DNA from: Oceanispirochaeta sp.
GTDB taxonomy: Bacteria; Spirochaetota; Spirochaetia; DSM-2461
Length of the DNA: 64,000 bases
Assembly: GCA_963666275.2 (NCBI GenBank)
Contig: CAXXOA010000001.1
Span: forward strand, 1,248,001-1,312,000
Direction: 5' to 3'
Part shown: piece after piece, positions 21,150-30,510 of the stretch
How the letters are laid out: each line of letters begins with the position of its first letter
How positions within the stretch are numbered: position 1 is the stretch's first letter
The notes under the pieces: model-generated
The model's database searches: none
What the model saw: only the letters and a program-made list of their open reading frames with translations
Told to the model about the DNA's origin: nothing
Program-made: the position numbers and the translations under genes

Positions 21150-22118
21150 TCACGGGAGTATAGCATTAAGGGGAAATAAAATCACCCCCTCAATCTCACT
21201 CTTGTCCAATATCTGGGCAATCAGCCTGTCCACGCCCACCGCAGTGCCTGAACAGGCGGGAAAAGAAGTGAAAATATCCGCATAGGAGGGATCACAGACC
21301 ACAGGAACAAGGGCTTTCTGCTCTTTTTCCGCCTCTTCGATTCTGTAATAGCGCCGGATCCTTTCCGGATCGGTTTCCTCGGTGTAGCAGTTAGCCACTT
21401 CCACACCCCGAATGTAGAGTTCCCAGCGGTCCGACCAGGGGGTGCCGGGAACCTCTGCCGCCAGGGTTTCCAGTGCGGAAGGGTAGCGGTCCAGCACCAG
21501 AGGGCGGTCCTGGGGAAGGGAGGGTTCCACAAGGGTCAGGAAGAGCTTGTGAAAGAGCACTTCCCACTCCTCCGATTCCTCTGCGGGGATACTGTGCCGT
21601 CTGTTCTGCTCCAGCAGGGCCTCTGCAGACAGGTTCTCCTCCAGGGAAAATCCGGCAAACTCCCGGAAGGCCTCTTCCATGGTCATGACTCTGAAGGGCG
21701 CTCTGACCTCCCGGGGGGTCTCCCGGCGGCACAGGGACTGAATCAGTTCGCAGGTGATCTCAATGTTTTTCCGGGAATCGATGCCTGTCTTGTACCATTC
21801 CAGCATTGTGAATTCGGGATTGTGAATCCTGCTGATCTGCTCGCTGTTCCGGAAGCTCCGGGCAATCTGGAATATATCGCCCGATCCCCGGCTGAGGAGG
21901 ACCTTCATCCAGATTTCCGGAGAGGGGGTCAGAAACAGGGGCTTTGCCGGACCGTAGGGGGAGACAAGGTCGGCTCTGAAATTTTCAATGGACGATTCCG
22001 GAATCAGATGGGGGCTCAGGAGAGGGGTTTCCACTTCCAGGAAATTCCTTTCCCTGAAGAAGGTTCTGATTCCCTGTGTGATCTCCGAGCGCTTCCGGAT
22101 AATATCTGTGTCTATCAT
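21150..22118 (-). CDS. epmA: EF-P lysine aminoacylase (LysRS paralog)
   Basis: FLEVETP, LTPSPEIWMK, HNPEFTMLEWY, GVDRL; no anticodon domain; adjacent to efp. Confidence 0.9.
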   Translation of the reverse strand: MIDTDIIRKRSEITQGIRTFFRERNFLEVETPLLSPHLIPESSIENFRADLVSPYGPAKPLFLTPSPEIWMKVLLSRGSGDIFQIARSFRNSEQISRIHNPEFTMLEWYKTGIDSRKNIEITCELIQSLCRRETPREVRAPFRVMTMEEAFREFAGFSLEENLSAEALLEQNRRHSIPAEESEEWEVLFHKLFLTLVEPSLPQDRPLVLDRYPSALETLAAEVPGTPWSDRWELYIRGVEVANCYTEETDPERIRRYYRIEEAEKEQKALVPVVCDPSYADIFTSFPACSGTAVGVDRLIAQILDKSEIEGVILFPLNAILP

Positions 22119-22136
22119 GAGAAACAGTTATAACAT

Positions 22137-22166
22137 AAAAAAGCCGTCTGATAACAGACGGCTTTC
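22137..22166 (-). terminator. Intrinsic terminator downstream of the ferredoxin gene
   Basis: AAAGCCGTCTG-ataa-CAGACGGCTTT with an A-run on its left side. Confidence 0.75.
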
Positions 22167-22183
22167 CTATACATTTAAGAGTC

Positions 22184-22357
22184 TCAGCCTTCTTTGATAC
22201 ACTCGGTGGGGCATACATCGGCACAAGCTCCGCAGCTGGTGCACAGATCGGCGTCAATTACTCTTGCGTCGTCTTTTTCGCTGATTGCTTCAACGGGACA
22301 TTCACCTTCACAGGCTCCGCAGTTTACACAATCTTCTGCAATAATTACATAAGCCAT
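22184..22357 (-). CDS. 2[4Fe-4S] clostridial-type ferredoxin (57 aa, absent from the ORF track)
   Basis: Hand translation MAYVIIAEDCVNCGACEGECPVEAISEKDDARVIDADLCTSCGACADVCPTECIKEG; two CxxCxxCxxxCP motifs; GGAGG RBS. Confidence 0.95.
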   Translation of the reverse strand: MAYVIIAEDCVNCGACEGECPVEAISEKDDARVIDADLCTSCGACADVCPTECIKEG

Positions 22358-22582
22358 GACATTCCTCCATATAACAGTTATTGTTCAAAAATACCTGAAA
22401 GGCCCTTCTGAATCAAGATATAAAGATCAAAAAAACTTCCTTTTTATTTAACTCATAAAGAATTAGCCTATCCTACCTTTGGGAGGCAGTCTTTAAATCC
22501 TGACAGGATAATAATATCCTCAATCAGAGTTTCGGGCAAAGGAAAGCGCCGGTGGAGAAAAAAAATGGAGAGAAAGAAAATA

Positions 22583-22639
22583 TTGACCCCTCAGATGGCT
22601 GCGGGATATAGTGTGAACAGACTATTCCCTATAGGGAAT
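22583..22639 (+). promoter_or_regulatory. Sigma-70-like promoter plus 16-bp palindromic operator
   Basis: TTGACC-N18-TATAGT; perfect palindrome ATTCCCTATAGGGAAT at 22624-22639. Confidence 0.5.
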
Positions 22640-22706
22640 TAGTACTATAAAGGGTCAAACCGTAACTGAAAAGTTCATTTTTGATTAATCAATCAGGGGA
22701 GTATAA

Positions 22707-24611
22707 ATGGAACAAACTGTATTGAAGCAGTTTCAGAAAATTGTAAGTCAGCATCCTGACGCCGTCGCTCAGCAGAGTAAAAATGAGAAGGGTGAGTTCT
22801 ATCCGACCACCTTTAAAACACTTTATGAAGAGATTCAGCAGGCCGCCGCGGGGTTCCTGTCTCTGGGGGTTGCCCGGGGGGAAACTGTAGGGATCATAGC
22901 CGACAACAGGAAAGAGTGGCTGATCTGCGATATGGCACTGCTCGCGCTGGGAGCCAATGATGCCCCCAGAGGCACGGATACGACCACAAAAGTTCTTGCA
23001 CATATCCTGGGTATCCCCGAATGTACCATAGCTGTTCTTGAAAACTCCCATCAGCTGGAGAAGGTTCTTGAAATTGAGAAGGATCTGCCCCATCTGAAGC
23101 AGATTATTATGCTGGATCCTGCGGATGACGCTGTGGCAGCGAAAGCCCAGCGGTTCAGTCTGATCGATTTTTCCGCATTTATGGAAGCAGGAAAGGCGGA
23201 GCTTGAAAAGGATCCTTCCAGAATAGAGGAGGAGATCGCCAAAGGAACACCCGATGACATCGCCACCATTATCTTTACATCCGGTACAACTGGTGTCCCC
23301 AAAGGGGTCATGCTGACTGACCGGGTCTACACCTATCAGGCAAAGGGTATTCTGGATTTCATCCAGGTGGACGTGGGGGATATATGGCTCACCATTCTGC
23401 CTGTATGGCACTCCTTCGAGAGGGTTATCCAGTATGTATCCGTTCTCAACGGTTCCTGTCTTGCCTATTCAAAGCCAGTGGGAAAAACCCTGCTGATGGA
23501 CCTGCAGACCATACAGCCCACGCTGATGACAGCGGTACCCCGGATCTGGGACGCCCTCTACCAGGGGATCCTCCGGAATATCAAAGCCAAGGGCGAGAAA
23601 GCGGAAAAAATGTTCCGGTTCTTTGTGAAAGTCGCCGCCCGGGACGAACACTTCTGCCGGATCCTGGAAGACAGGTATCCCGACTATTCAGGGAAACCCA
23701 TGGGCTTTGAAAAACTGAAAGCCCGTCTGGGCAGACTCCGGACCGCACCCCTGAGAGCTCTGGGGAACAAGCTGCTTTTCAGCAAAATCATTGAGAAGAT
23801 GCTCCCCCGGCTCCGGGCGGGCGTGTCCGGCGGCGGGGCTCTCCAAAAAATGGTGGATGAGTTCTATGCGGCCGTGGGAATCAAAGTTCTGGAAGGCTAC
23901 GGTCTGACAGAATCAGGCCCGGTCATAGGCGTAAGGGATGAGAATCATCCTGTAGCCGGGACAGTGGGCCCTCCCTTCATCGGTACGGAGGTAAAGGTAC
24001 TGGATCAGGACGGGAAGGAGCTTTCGCCCGGTGAAAGAGGGGTTCTTTATGTGAAAGGGCCTCAGATCATGAAAGGGTATTACAAAAACGACGAGCTGAC
24101 TAAAACAGTGCTTTCCGAAGACGGATGGCTCAACACGGGAGATATTGCGGTTCTGTCCCGTAACAATGATATCACCCTGGTGGGACGGGCCAAGGATACG
24201 ATCGTCCTTCTGGGAGGAGAAAATGTAGAGCCGGTTCCTCTGGAATCCAAGCTCAGAGAGTCTTCCTATATTGATAATGCCGTTGTTCTGGGTCAGGACC
24301 GGAAATACCTTTCCGCCCTGATAGTTCCGGATTTTGATGCTCTGGAGGAGTATGCGAAAGAGAACAATATCATTTATGAAAACAGGACTCTCATAGGGGA
24401 AGCCCCCGAAATCAGGGAACTTCTGAATCAGGAAGTTGCCGATCTTGTTTCTCCTTCCAATGGATTCTCCAGTTTTGAGAGGATCTATCAGTTTACGATT
24501 CTGCAGAACCATTTTGAAGTGGGCCGGGAACTTTCCGGTAAAATGGAGCTGTTGAGACCCACCATCTACGAACTCTATAAAAAAGAGATCGACGACCTTC
24601 TGAGCCGCTAA
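22707..24611 (+). CDS. Long-chain fatty acid-CoA ligase (AMP-binding)
   Basis: IFTSGTTGVPKGV, EGYGLTE, GWLNTGD, GRAKD. Confidence 0.92.
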   Translation: MEQTVLKQFQKIVSQHPDAVAQQSKNEKGEFYPTTFKTLYEEIQQAAAGFLSLGVARGETVGIIADNRKEWLICDMALLALGANDAPRGTDTTTKVLAHILGIPECTIAVLENSHQLEKVLEIEKDLPHLKQIIMLDPADDAVAAKAQRFSLIDFSAFMEAGKAELEKDPSRIEEEIAKGTPDDIATIIFTSGTTGVPKGVMLTDRVYTYQAKGILDFIQVDVGDIWLTILPVWHSFERVIQYVSVLNGSCLAYSKPVGKTLLMDLQTIQPTLMTAVPRIWDALYQGILRNIKAKGEKAEKMFRFFVKVAARDEHFCRILEDRYPDYSGKPMGFEKLKARLGRLRTAPLRALGNKLLFSKIIEKMLPRLRAGVSGGGALQKMVDEFYAAVGIKVLEGYGLTESGPVIGVRDENHPVAGTVGPPFIGTEVKVLDQDGKELSPGERGVLYVKGPQIMKGYYKNDELTKTVLSEDGWLNTGDIAVLSRNNDITLVGRAKDTIVLLGGENVEPVPLESKLRESSYIDNAVVLGQDRKYLSALIVPDFDALEEYAKENNIIYENRTLIGEAPEIRELLNQEVADLVSPSNGFSSFERIYQFTILQNHFEVGRELSGKMELLRPTIYELYKKEIDDLLSR

Positions 24612-24678
24612 AAGGAAGGGCGGTGAACCTGGAAAGATTTTTCCCGATTCACCATAATAGAGGGTGGAGGTATTTCAA

Positions 24679-25233
24679 ATGAGTAAAGTTGCCGTAATAC
24701 TGGCCGACGGAATGGAGGAAGTGGAGGCTGTGACCCCCATAGACTTTCTCAGACGGGCCGGAATCGATGTTGTCACCGTGGGACTGACAGGTACGAAAAT
24801 TACAGGATCCCACAATATCCCCGTTCTTGCCGATGTGGATCTGAAAGATTTTTCCTTTGATGTGGACGGTCTTGTCATTCCCGGGGGGATGCCCGGATCG
24901 GCCCATATAGCCGCAGACAGCCGTGTCAGAGAGCTGATCGTGAAGTTTGACAGGGAAAAGAAACTCGTCGCCGCCATCTGCGCCGCTCCGGCTCTGGTTC
25001 TGGGGGGCGCAGGGGTTCTGGAAGGACGGCGCTATACCTGTTTTCCCGGCATGGAGTCCCAGGCGGGCCCGGGGGGAGAGTATACTGCGGGCCGTCTGGA
25101 AGTGGACGGTCACATCATTACAGGGATCGGCGCCGGGGGCGCTGCGGAATTCGCGGCAGGAATTATCGGCTACTTCCTGGGACAGGAAGCGGCGGATAAG
25201 ATTATGCAAACCACCGTACAGCCGGGGGCCTGA
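24679..25233 (+). CDS. DJ-1/PfpI (YajL-like) protein
   Basis: GMEEVEA, IPGGMPG, AAICAAP. Confidence 0.9.
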   Translation: MSKVAVILADGMEEVEAVTPIDFLRRAGIDVVTVGLTGTKITGSHNIPVLADVDLKDFSFDVDGLVIPGGMPGSAHIAADSRVRELIVKFDREKKLVAAICAAPALVLGGAGVLEGRRYTCFPGMESQAGPGGEYTAGRLEVDGHIITGIGAGGAAEFAAGIIGYFLGQEAADKIMQTTVQPGA

Positions 25234-25337
25234 AGGATTTTCCCCTGCGGGGGAATTCCCTGAAAAAACTGTTCCTGTCTTGTCAGATCCGGCTGGAAAA
25301 AATATCCTTAGGGAGAGATTGAAGTAAGGTTGGAATC

Positions 25338-26261
25338 ATGGACGATGACAGATCGCTGACACCACAGGAAGTTGCGGACCTGCTGAAAATAACAAAAAAC
25401 ACTGTTTATGAGCTTATCAAGAGGGGAGAGCTGGCATCCTATAAGGTCGGAAGAAAAATCCGCGTGGATGCAGCGGCCGTGGAAGCTCTGAAGAGGGGAA
25501 AAGAGACGCACAAGACGCCGGAGGCGCCTCTTCCCGGCAATTCTCCCCGTCCCCGGTCTTCCGGTCCCGGCAGTTTTGTAATCTGCGGCCAGGACAGCAT
25601 TCTGGACATCCTGGCCCGGTATATGGAGCTGGAGGGGATCAGAACCTATCGCTCCCATCAGGGCAGCTATAACGGCCTCTATTCCCTTTATAACAGGGAA
25701 GTACAGGTTGCCACCTGCCATCTCTGGGACGGCGACTCCAATCTCTACAACATTCCCTTTGTCAGAAGGATGCTTCCGGGAACACCCGTCCGGATCGTTC
25801 ACATTGTGAAAAGGATGCAGGGCTTTTACGTGGCTCCTGGCAATCCCCTGGGCATTCACTCCTGGGAGGATCTCCTGCGGGAGGATGTGTCTCTGATCAA
25901 CAGGGAGAGGGGCAGCGGAACCCGGGTTCTTCTGGATGAAAAGCTCATGGCCATGGGGGCATCCGGTGCCCGGGTCAAAGGATACGACCGGGAGGTAACC
26001 TCTCATCTGGCCGCCGCCAGTGCGGTCTGCCGGGGAAAGGCCGATGTGGCTATCGGAACCGAAAAAGGGGCCCTCCAGGTACGGGATGTGGAATTTGTCC
26101 CGGTTCAGAAGGAGCGGTACGAAATGGTAATTCCCCTGGACGATCTGGAACTCTTTCCCTTTTCCACAATCCTGAAAATCCTGAACTCTCCGGATTTCCG
26201 GGATGAAATCGACGGCCTGGGAGGCTACGATACCACCGAGATGGGAAAAGCTATTCTCTAA
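25338..26261 (+). CDS. Excisionase-type HTH + PBP substrate-binding regulator (molybdate-related family)
   Basis: LTPQEVADLLKITKNTVYELIKRGEL; NRERGSGTRVLLD. Confidence 0.82.
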   Translation: MDDDRSLTPQEVADLLKITKNTVYELIKRGELASYKVGRKIRVDAAAVEALKRGKETHKTPEAPLPGNSPRPRSSGPGSFVICGQDSILDILARYMELEGIRTYRSHQGSYNGLYSLYNREVQVATCHLWDGDSNLYNIPFVRRMLPGTPVRIVHIVKRMQGFYVAPGNPLGIHSWEDLLREDVSLINRERGSGTRVLLDEKLMAMGASGARVKGYDREVTSHLAAASAVCRGKADVAIGTEKGALQVRDVEFVPVQKERYEMVIPLDDLELFPFSTILKILNSPDFRDEIDGLGGYDTTEMGKAIL

Positions 26262-26278
26262 GCTCCTCCATTCCCCCC

Positions 26279-26409
26279 GTACAGACGCGATTTATCGCGT
26301 CTCTTTTCAAGGCTCCCGCATCTTCTCCAGGCATGAGAATCCTTCTCTCTTCCGGCCCCCCTTCGGCTTCCACCCTCACCCCCGGCTCCCCCTTCGGCTC
26401 CGCTCAGGG
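26279..26409. repeat. REP-like palindromic elements
   Basis: GTACAGACGCGATTTATCGCGTCTC (26279-26303) and CCCTTCGGCTCCGCTCAGGG (26390-26409) in a convergent intergenic region. Confidence 0.5.
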
Positions 26410-26440
26410 AGCGAGAGGGCGAGGGGAGAAATGTATTTAT

Positions 26441-26487
26441 AAAAAAAGGGCTTCCGTGAGATCATCACGGAAGCCCTGATTTTTTTT
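26441..26487. terminator. Bidirectional terminator
   Basis: A-run, GGGCTTCCGTGA...TCACGGAAGCCC, T-run. Confidence 0.8.
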
Positions 26488-26506
26488 ATGGAAAAATTAC
26501 CGGTGC

Positions 26507-27844
26507 TTATTTAGGCTCGGCAATGACCGCTTTGAGGGCGGGATTTTTTTCGAGGTTTCCGGGAAGGGCTCTTTCCCTGGCCTTGTTTATATACTCTTTA
26601 CTCTGGAAGTAGTAGGTATAGTTGGTGTGAACGTCGTAGGTTCCGTTCATCAGTGCGTAGGTGTCTTCGGTCATTACCAGTTCTTCATCGGTGGGAATAA
26701 CAAACACTTTTACAGCGGAATCATCGGCGGAAACACAGGTTTCGGCGTTTCTTGTGATACTGGCGGCATTCTTTTCGCTGTCCAGTTTGACTCCCATGGT
26801 TTCCAGGTTTTCCAGGGCTTTGGCTCTGTAAACGGGATTCATTTCACCTACACCGGCAGTGAAGACAATGGCGTCTACCTTACCGATGGCGGCGGAGTAG
26901 GCACCGATGTACTTTCTGATCTTGTAGCACTCCATCTCAAGAGCCAGGGTACAGCGTTCGTCCCCTTTCTGGTAACCTGCATACACATCCCGGCGGTCGA
27001 TGAATTCTTCGGTAATTCCCAGAACACCGCTCTTTTTGTTCATGATGCTGTCCATCTCTTTGGGAGAGAGGTTTTCGTTTTCCATAATGAAAGGAACAAT
27101 GGCGGGATCGATGTCACCGCAGCGGGTTCCCATCATCAGACCTTCCAGAGGAGTCAGACCCATGGAGGTGTCGATACATTTTCCATCTTTAACCGCACAG
27201 ATACTGGCGCCGTTACCGATATGACAGATAATGACATTGGTTTTATGAGGATCCTTGCCCAGAAGGACAGAGGCTCTTTTCGCTGTGTAGACATAGCTGG
27301 TTCCGTGGAAACCGTAGCGTCTTACATTGTGTTTTTTGTACCAGTCGTAGGGAAGGGCATACATGAAAGCGTAATTGGGCATGGTCTGATGCCATGCTGT
27401 ATCCATGACCGCACAGTGGGGAACATCGGGAAGAACGAGTTTTGCCGCTTCCACACCCATGATGTTGGCGGGCATGTGGAGAGGTCCCAGGTGATAGAGA
27501 CCTTTGAAGGTTTCCAGAACTTCGTCATCGATGATCACAGACTGTTTGAAGGCTTCTCCGCCGTGGAGAACTCTGTGTCCTACAGCTTTGATTTCGGACA
27601 TATCTTCGATACAGCCGGCTTCTTTATCAAGGATGGTTTCAATGATCCATTCGATCGCTTCTTTGTGGGTGGGACAGGCTCTGTCCGCTTCAAATTCGGG
27701 TTTCCCCAGGGGTTTATGTTCGATATTTGACATGTCCTGGCCGATCCTTTCGACCATGCCCACACCCAGGACTTCTTTTTTGTCCCAGTCATAAACCTGA
27801 AATTTTGCAGAAGAACTTCCGCAGTTCAGAGTTAAAATAACCAT
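26507..27844 (-). CDS. ackA: Acetate kinase
   Basis: LNCGSSSAK, GHRVLHGG, RRYGFHGTS, DTSMGLTPLEG, IPTDEE. Confidence 0.97.
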   Translation of the reverse strand: MVILTLNCGSSSAKFQVYDWDKKEVLGVGMVERIGQDMSNIEHKPLGKPEFEADRACPTHKEAIEWIIETILDKEAGCIEDMSEIKAVGHRVLHGGEAFKQSVIIDDEVLETFKGLYHLGPLHMPANIMGVEAAKLVLPDVPHCAVMDTAWHQTMPNYAFMYALPYDWYKKHNVRRYGFHGTSYVYTAKRASVLLGKDPHKTNVIICHIGNGASICAVKDGKCIDTSMGLTPLEGLMMGTRCGDIDPAIVPFIMENENLSPKEMDSIMNKKSGVLGITEEFIDRRDVYAGYQKGDERCTLALEMECYKIRKYIGAYSAAIGKVDAIVFTAGVGEMNPVYRAKALENLETMGVKLDSEKNAASITRNAETCVSADDSAVKVFVIPTDEELVMTEDTYALMNGTYDVHTNYTYYFQSKEYINKARERALPGNLEKNPALKAVIAEPK

Positions 27845-28093
27845 TTAATTCCTCCAGAGTATTCTTAATTCCTATGTATATCCGAGATTTCTATTCGAAA
27901 AGGGTAATTTTATTCGGATTTTTATTATTTTACCTTAGGAAGAATAAAATTCAAGTAAAACAGCTCCCATATAGTTGTTAATAGGGAATTTTCTTCCGCA
28001 GACATATCGCTATTTTTTCACTGTTATCTTGCAGTTCTCACATTTACCAAGAATTTATTTGTCATATACTGAAAGCTGTACTATACTGATCCA

Positions 28094-29059
28094 GTGATTT
28101 CGGAAATTGAAAACTCTGATACATGCAGCGGTGAAGCGTTTACATTCCTTGCAATCGACGAAACTGAGATTCATGGATACCGCTGGATACCAAGAACAAA
28201 AAGTATAAAGGCAATCCTCATTATCAATCATGGTATGGCTGAACATGTGGCCCGTTACGACAGGTTTGCCTCGTATCTTCAGGAGAAAGGCATCGCCGTT
28301 TTCGGAGAGGACCACAGGGGCCATGGAAGGACCGCCGGAGACACTGACAATCTGGGCTATTTTGCCGACGACTTCGGCTGGCGTATGGTTGTTCAGGATA
28401 TCCGGGACCTTCACCTTCTGATTAAGGAGGAGTATCCCGGGATTCCCGTGATCATGATGGGGCACAGCATGGGCTCATTTCTGACAAGGGACTATCTGAA
28501 AGAGTTCGGAGACGATCTTTCCGGCGTGATCCTTTCCGGGACAGGGTACACCCCGGGGTTTATAACAGCTCTAGGCAGTTTTATCGCCTCTCTTGAGATC
28601 AGACTGAAAGGGAAAAGGCACAGGAGCCGTCTTCTGGATGCCATGAGCTTCGGTTCTTTCAACAAACCTTTTTCTGACGACGGCGATACGGGGTTTGAAT
28701 GGCTCAGCCGGGACAGGGAGCAGGTAAAGCTCTATCATGAAGATCCCTACTGCGGTTTTATCTGTACATCCAGCCATTTCAGGGATCTGTTTTCCGGGCT
28801 GCGTGTCATCAACCGCATCAATGCATTTATGAAAACACCGAAAGATCTGCCCCTTCTTCTCATTTCGGGAGAACAGGATCCTGTGGGAGACCGGGGACGG
28901 GGCGTGAAAAAGGTGTATTGGGCCTATAAAAAGAGCGGCGTCGAGGACGTCACTATGAATCTGATACCCGAAGGCCGTCATGAGAGCCTGAATGAAATCA
29001 ATAAAGATGAAATTTACACTTACTTGACTGATTGGATGGAAAAGAAAGTGATCAGCTAG
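28094..29059 (+). CDS. Alpha/beta hydrolase (lysophospholipase-like)
   Basis: HGMAEH, DHRGHG, GHSMG nucleophile, GRHESLNE. Confidence 0.9.
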   Translation: MISEIENSDTCSGEAFTFLAIDETEIHGYRWIPRTKSIKAILIINHGMAEHVARYDRFASYLQEKGIAVFGEDHRGHGRTAGDTDNLGYFADDFGWRMVVQDIRDLHLLIKEEYPGIPVIMMGHSMGSFLTRDYLKEFGDDLSGVILSGTGYTPGFITALGSFIASLEIRLKGKRHRSRLLDAMSFGSFNKPFSDDGDTGFEWLSRDREQVKLYHEDPYCGFICTSSHFRDLFSGLRVINRINAFMKTPKDLPLLLISGEQDPVGDRGRGVKKVYWAYKKSGVEDVTMNLIPEGRHESLNEINKDEIYTYLTDWMEKKVIS

Positions 29060-29133
29060 GTTTTTTTGTAAACCTGAGCGGAAAAAAAGGGGAAACACTT
29101 CAAGCCATTGCGGTTTGAGGTAAAAAAGGAGTT

Positions 29134-29173
29134 AGAGGCTGTCTCTTGCATGCAGGGGCAGCCTCTTTTTTTT
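29134..29173 (+). terminator. Intrinsic terminator
   Basis: AGAGGCTG...CAGCCTCT followed by T-run. Confidence 0.65.
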
Positions 29174-29199
29174 CTCTTTTTTGAATTTTTACTGCCGAA

Positions 29200-30510
29200 T
29201 TGCCTGTTCCTTTCTATATGCGGAATCTATTTTTACATCTCATCTTCCTCCTTTGTCTGATCCCCGGCGCGGCCGGCGAAACCGGGGGGATATTCCGGTA
29301 CGGTCAGGTCAGTTCGGGGCCGGCAGATCTTCTGTTCCGGGCATCCGAAGGGAGTGACGGAGCGGAGCTTTTCCTCGGTTCAGATACGGGGAGGGAGTGG
29401 GAGCTGAAGCGGCTGATCTTCGAATCCTCCCGGTTCCTGGCGGGGAATATGAAGCCCCGCGGACTCTTTGCCCGGATGGCCATGGAGTCCCTACCGCCCG
29501 GCGGAGAGAGCCCGGGGGAGACAGGATGGGCCCCCGACAGGGGAGAGACAAACCTGAACAATCCGGGAGGAGCCTTTTTCTTTCCCCGGAGGGGAGGGAT
29601 CTTTCTGGAGGGAACAGATTCCTCCTCCCTGAGGAGCGGCCTCTGGTATTCCCTTCCTCTGGGACGTTATATGAATCTGGAAGGGGCCGGACACTCCTGC
29701 CGGCTGGACCCGGCAAAGGCGCCGGAAGAGTGGTTCCCCCGGGAAGAGCCGGGCCCTGCAGGAACCCTGTGGCATACAGCGGGGGATCTGAACTTCCAGG
29801 GCCCCTGGTACGCAGGGAGCCTGAAGGGATTTTTTTCCGGAGGAGAGCACTATCTGCCGGGGAGCGCTCTCCTCTGCGAGCTGACCCTCTACGGAGAGCG
29901 GAGTGTTCTGACGGGCCTGTACTGGGAGCCTTCGGATGTCTACAGGAACCGCGAGGGGCAGCTGATCCCCTGGGAGAGGCAGTTTCACTTCCGCTTGACC
30001 CGGGGCTTTCCGGATTTTCAGCTGGATGCGGGCGCTCTGGTCGGAAAATCTTCGCTAAGCTCTCTGCAGGAGGTGGTCCTCTCTCAGGACTACCGCTGTT
30101 CCCTGGAGGGAAGCCTGCGCCGCTGGACCTGGCGGCTGAGGGGGCAGGGCCTGATAGATCCGGAGGAAGAGGTGCTGCTGTCCTGGATACCCCGGGCAAA
30201 ACTGGGATACCGCCTGAAACACTGGGATTTTACGGCTTCCGCCGGGGGGACCTGGGAGGAGTTCTTTCCGGATCCCGCCGAAGTGTCAGGAGAAGTGGCT
30301 GTCAGAAGGAAGGGCTCTCCCGGGTTTGCCCAGAGCCTTTCGGCCGGGTACAGGGCCGAAAGGGATGCAGGGGATATTTCCATCAGAGGAGAGGCCCGGG
30401 GCGGGGTGAAAAACTGGACTCTCAAGGGGAGATTTCTCTACCCCTTCCTCCTCTACGGGGAAGAGGAAAGGGCTTTTGAAATCGGCTGGGATCTGGAGTG
30501 GGCTTTTTAG
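29200..30510 (+). CDS. Hypothetical secreted, probably outer-membrane, protein
   Basis: Signal-peptide-like N-terminus; Gly/aromatic-rich strands; C-terminal WAF. Confidence 0.55.
   Translation: MPVPFYMRNLFLHLIFLLCLIPGAAGETGGIFRYGQVSSGPADLLFRASEGSDGAELFLGSDTGREWELKRLIFESSRFLAGNMKPRGLFARMAMESLPPGGESPGETGWAPDRGETNLNNPGGAFFFPRRGGIFLEGTDSSSLRSGLWYSLPLGRYMNLEGAGHSCRLDPAKAPEEWFPREEPGPAGTLWHTAGDLNFQGPWYAGSLKGFFSGGEHYLPGSALLCELTLYGERSVLTGLYWEPSDVYRNREGQLIPWERQFHFRLTRGFPDFQLDAGALVGKSSLSSLQEVVLSQDYRCSLEGSLRRWTWRLRGQGLIDPEEEVLLSWIPRAKLGYRLKHWDFTASAGGTWEEFFPDPAEVSGEVAVRRKGSPGFAQSLSAGYRAERDAGDISIRGEARGGVKNWTLKGRFLYPFLLYGEEERAFEIGWDLEWAF

Noticed and set aside
25338..25520. Excisionase suggesting a prophage
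   Set aside because: The HTH is fused to a PBP domain, typical of a regulator family; there are no phage genes nearby.
29309..30479. Alternative overlapping ORFs of 296 and 360 aa
   Set aside because: Pro/Arg/Gly-rich translations typical of off-frames in GC-rich DNA; 29200-30510 is the more protein-like frame.
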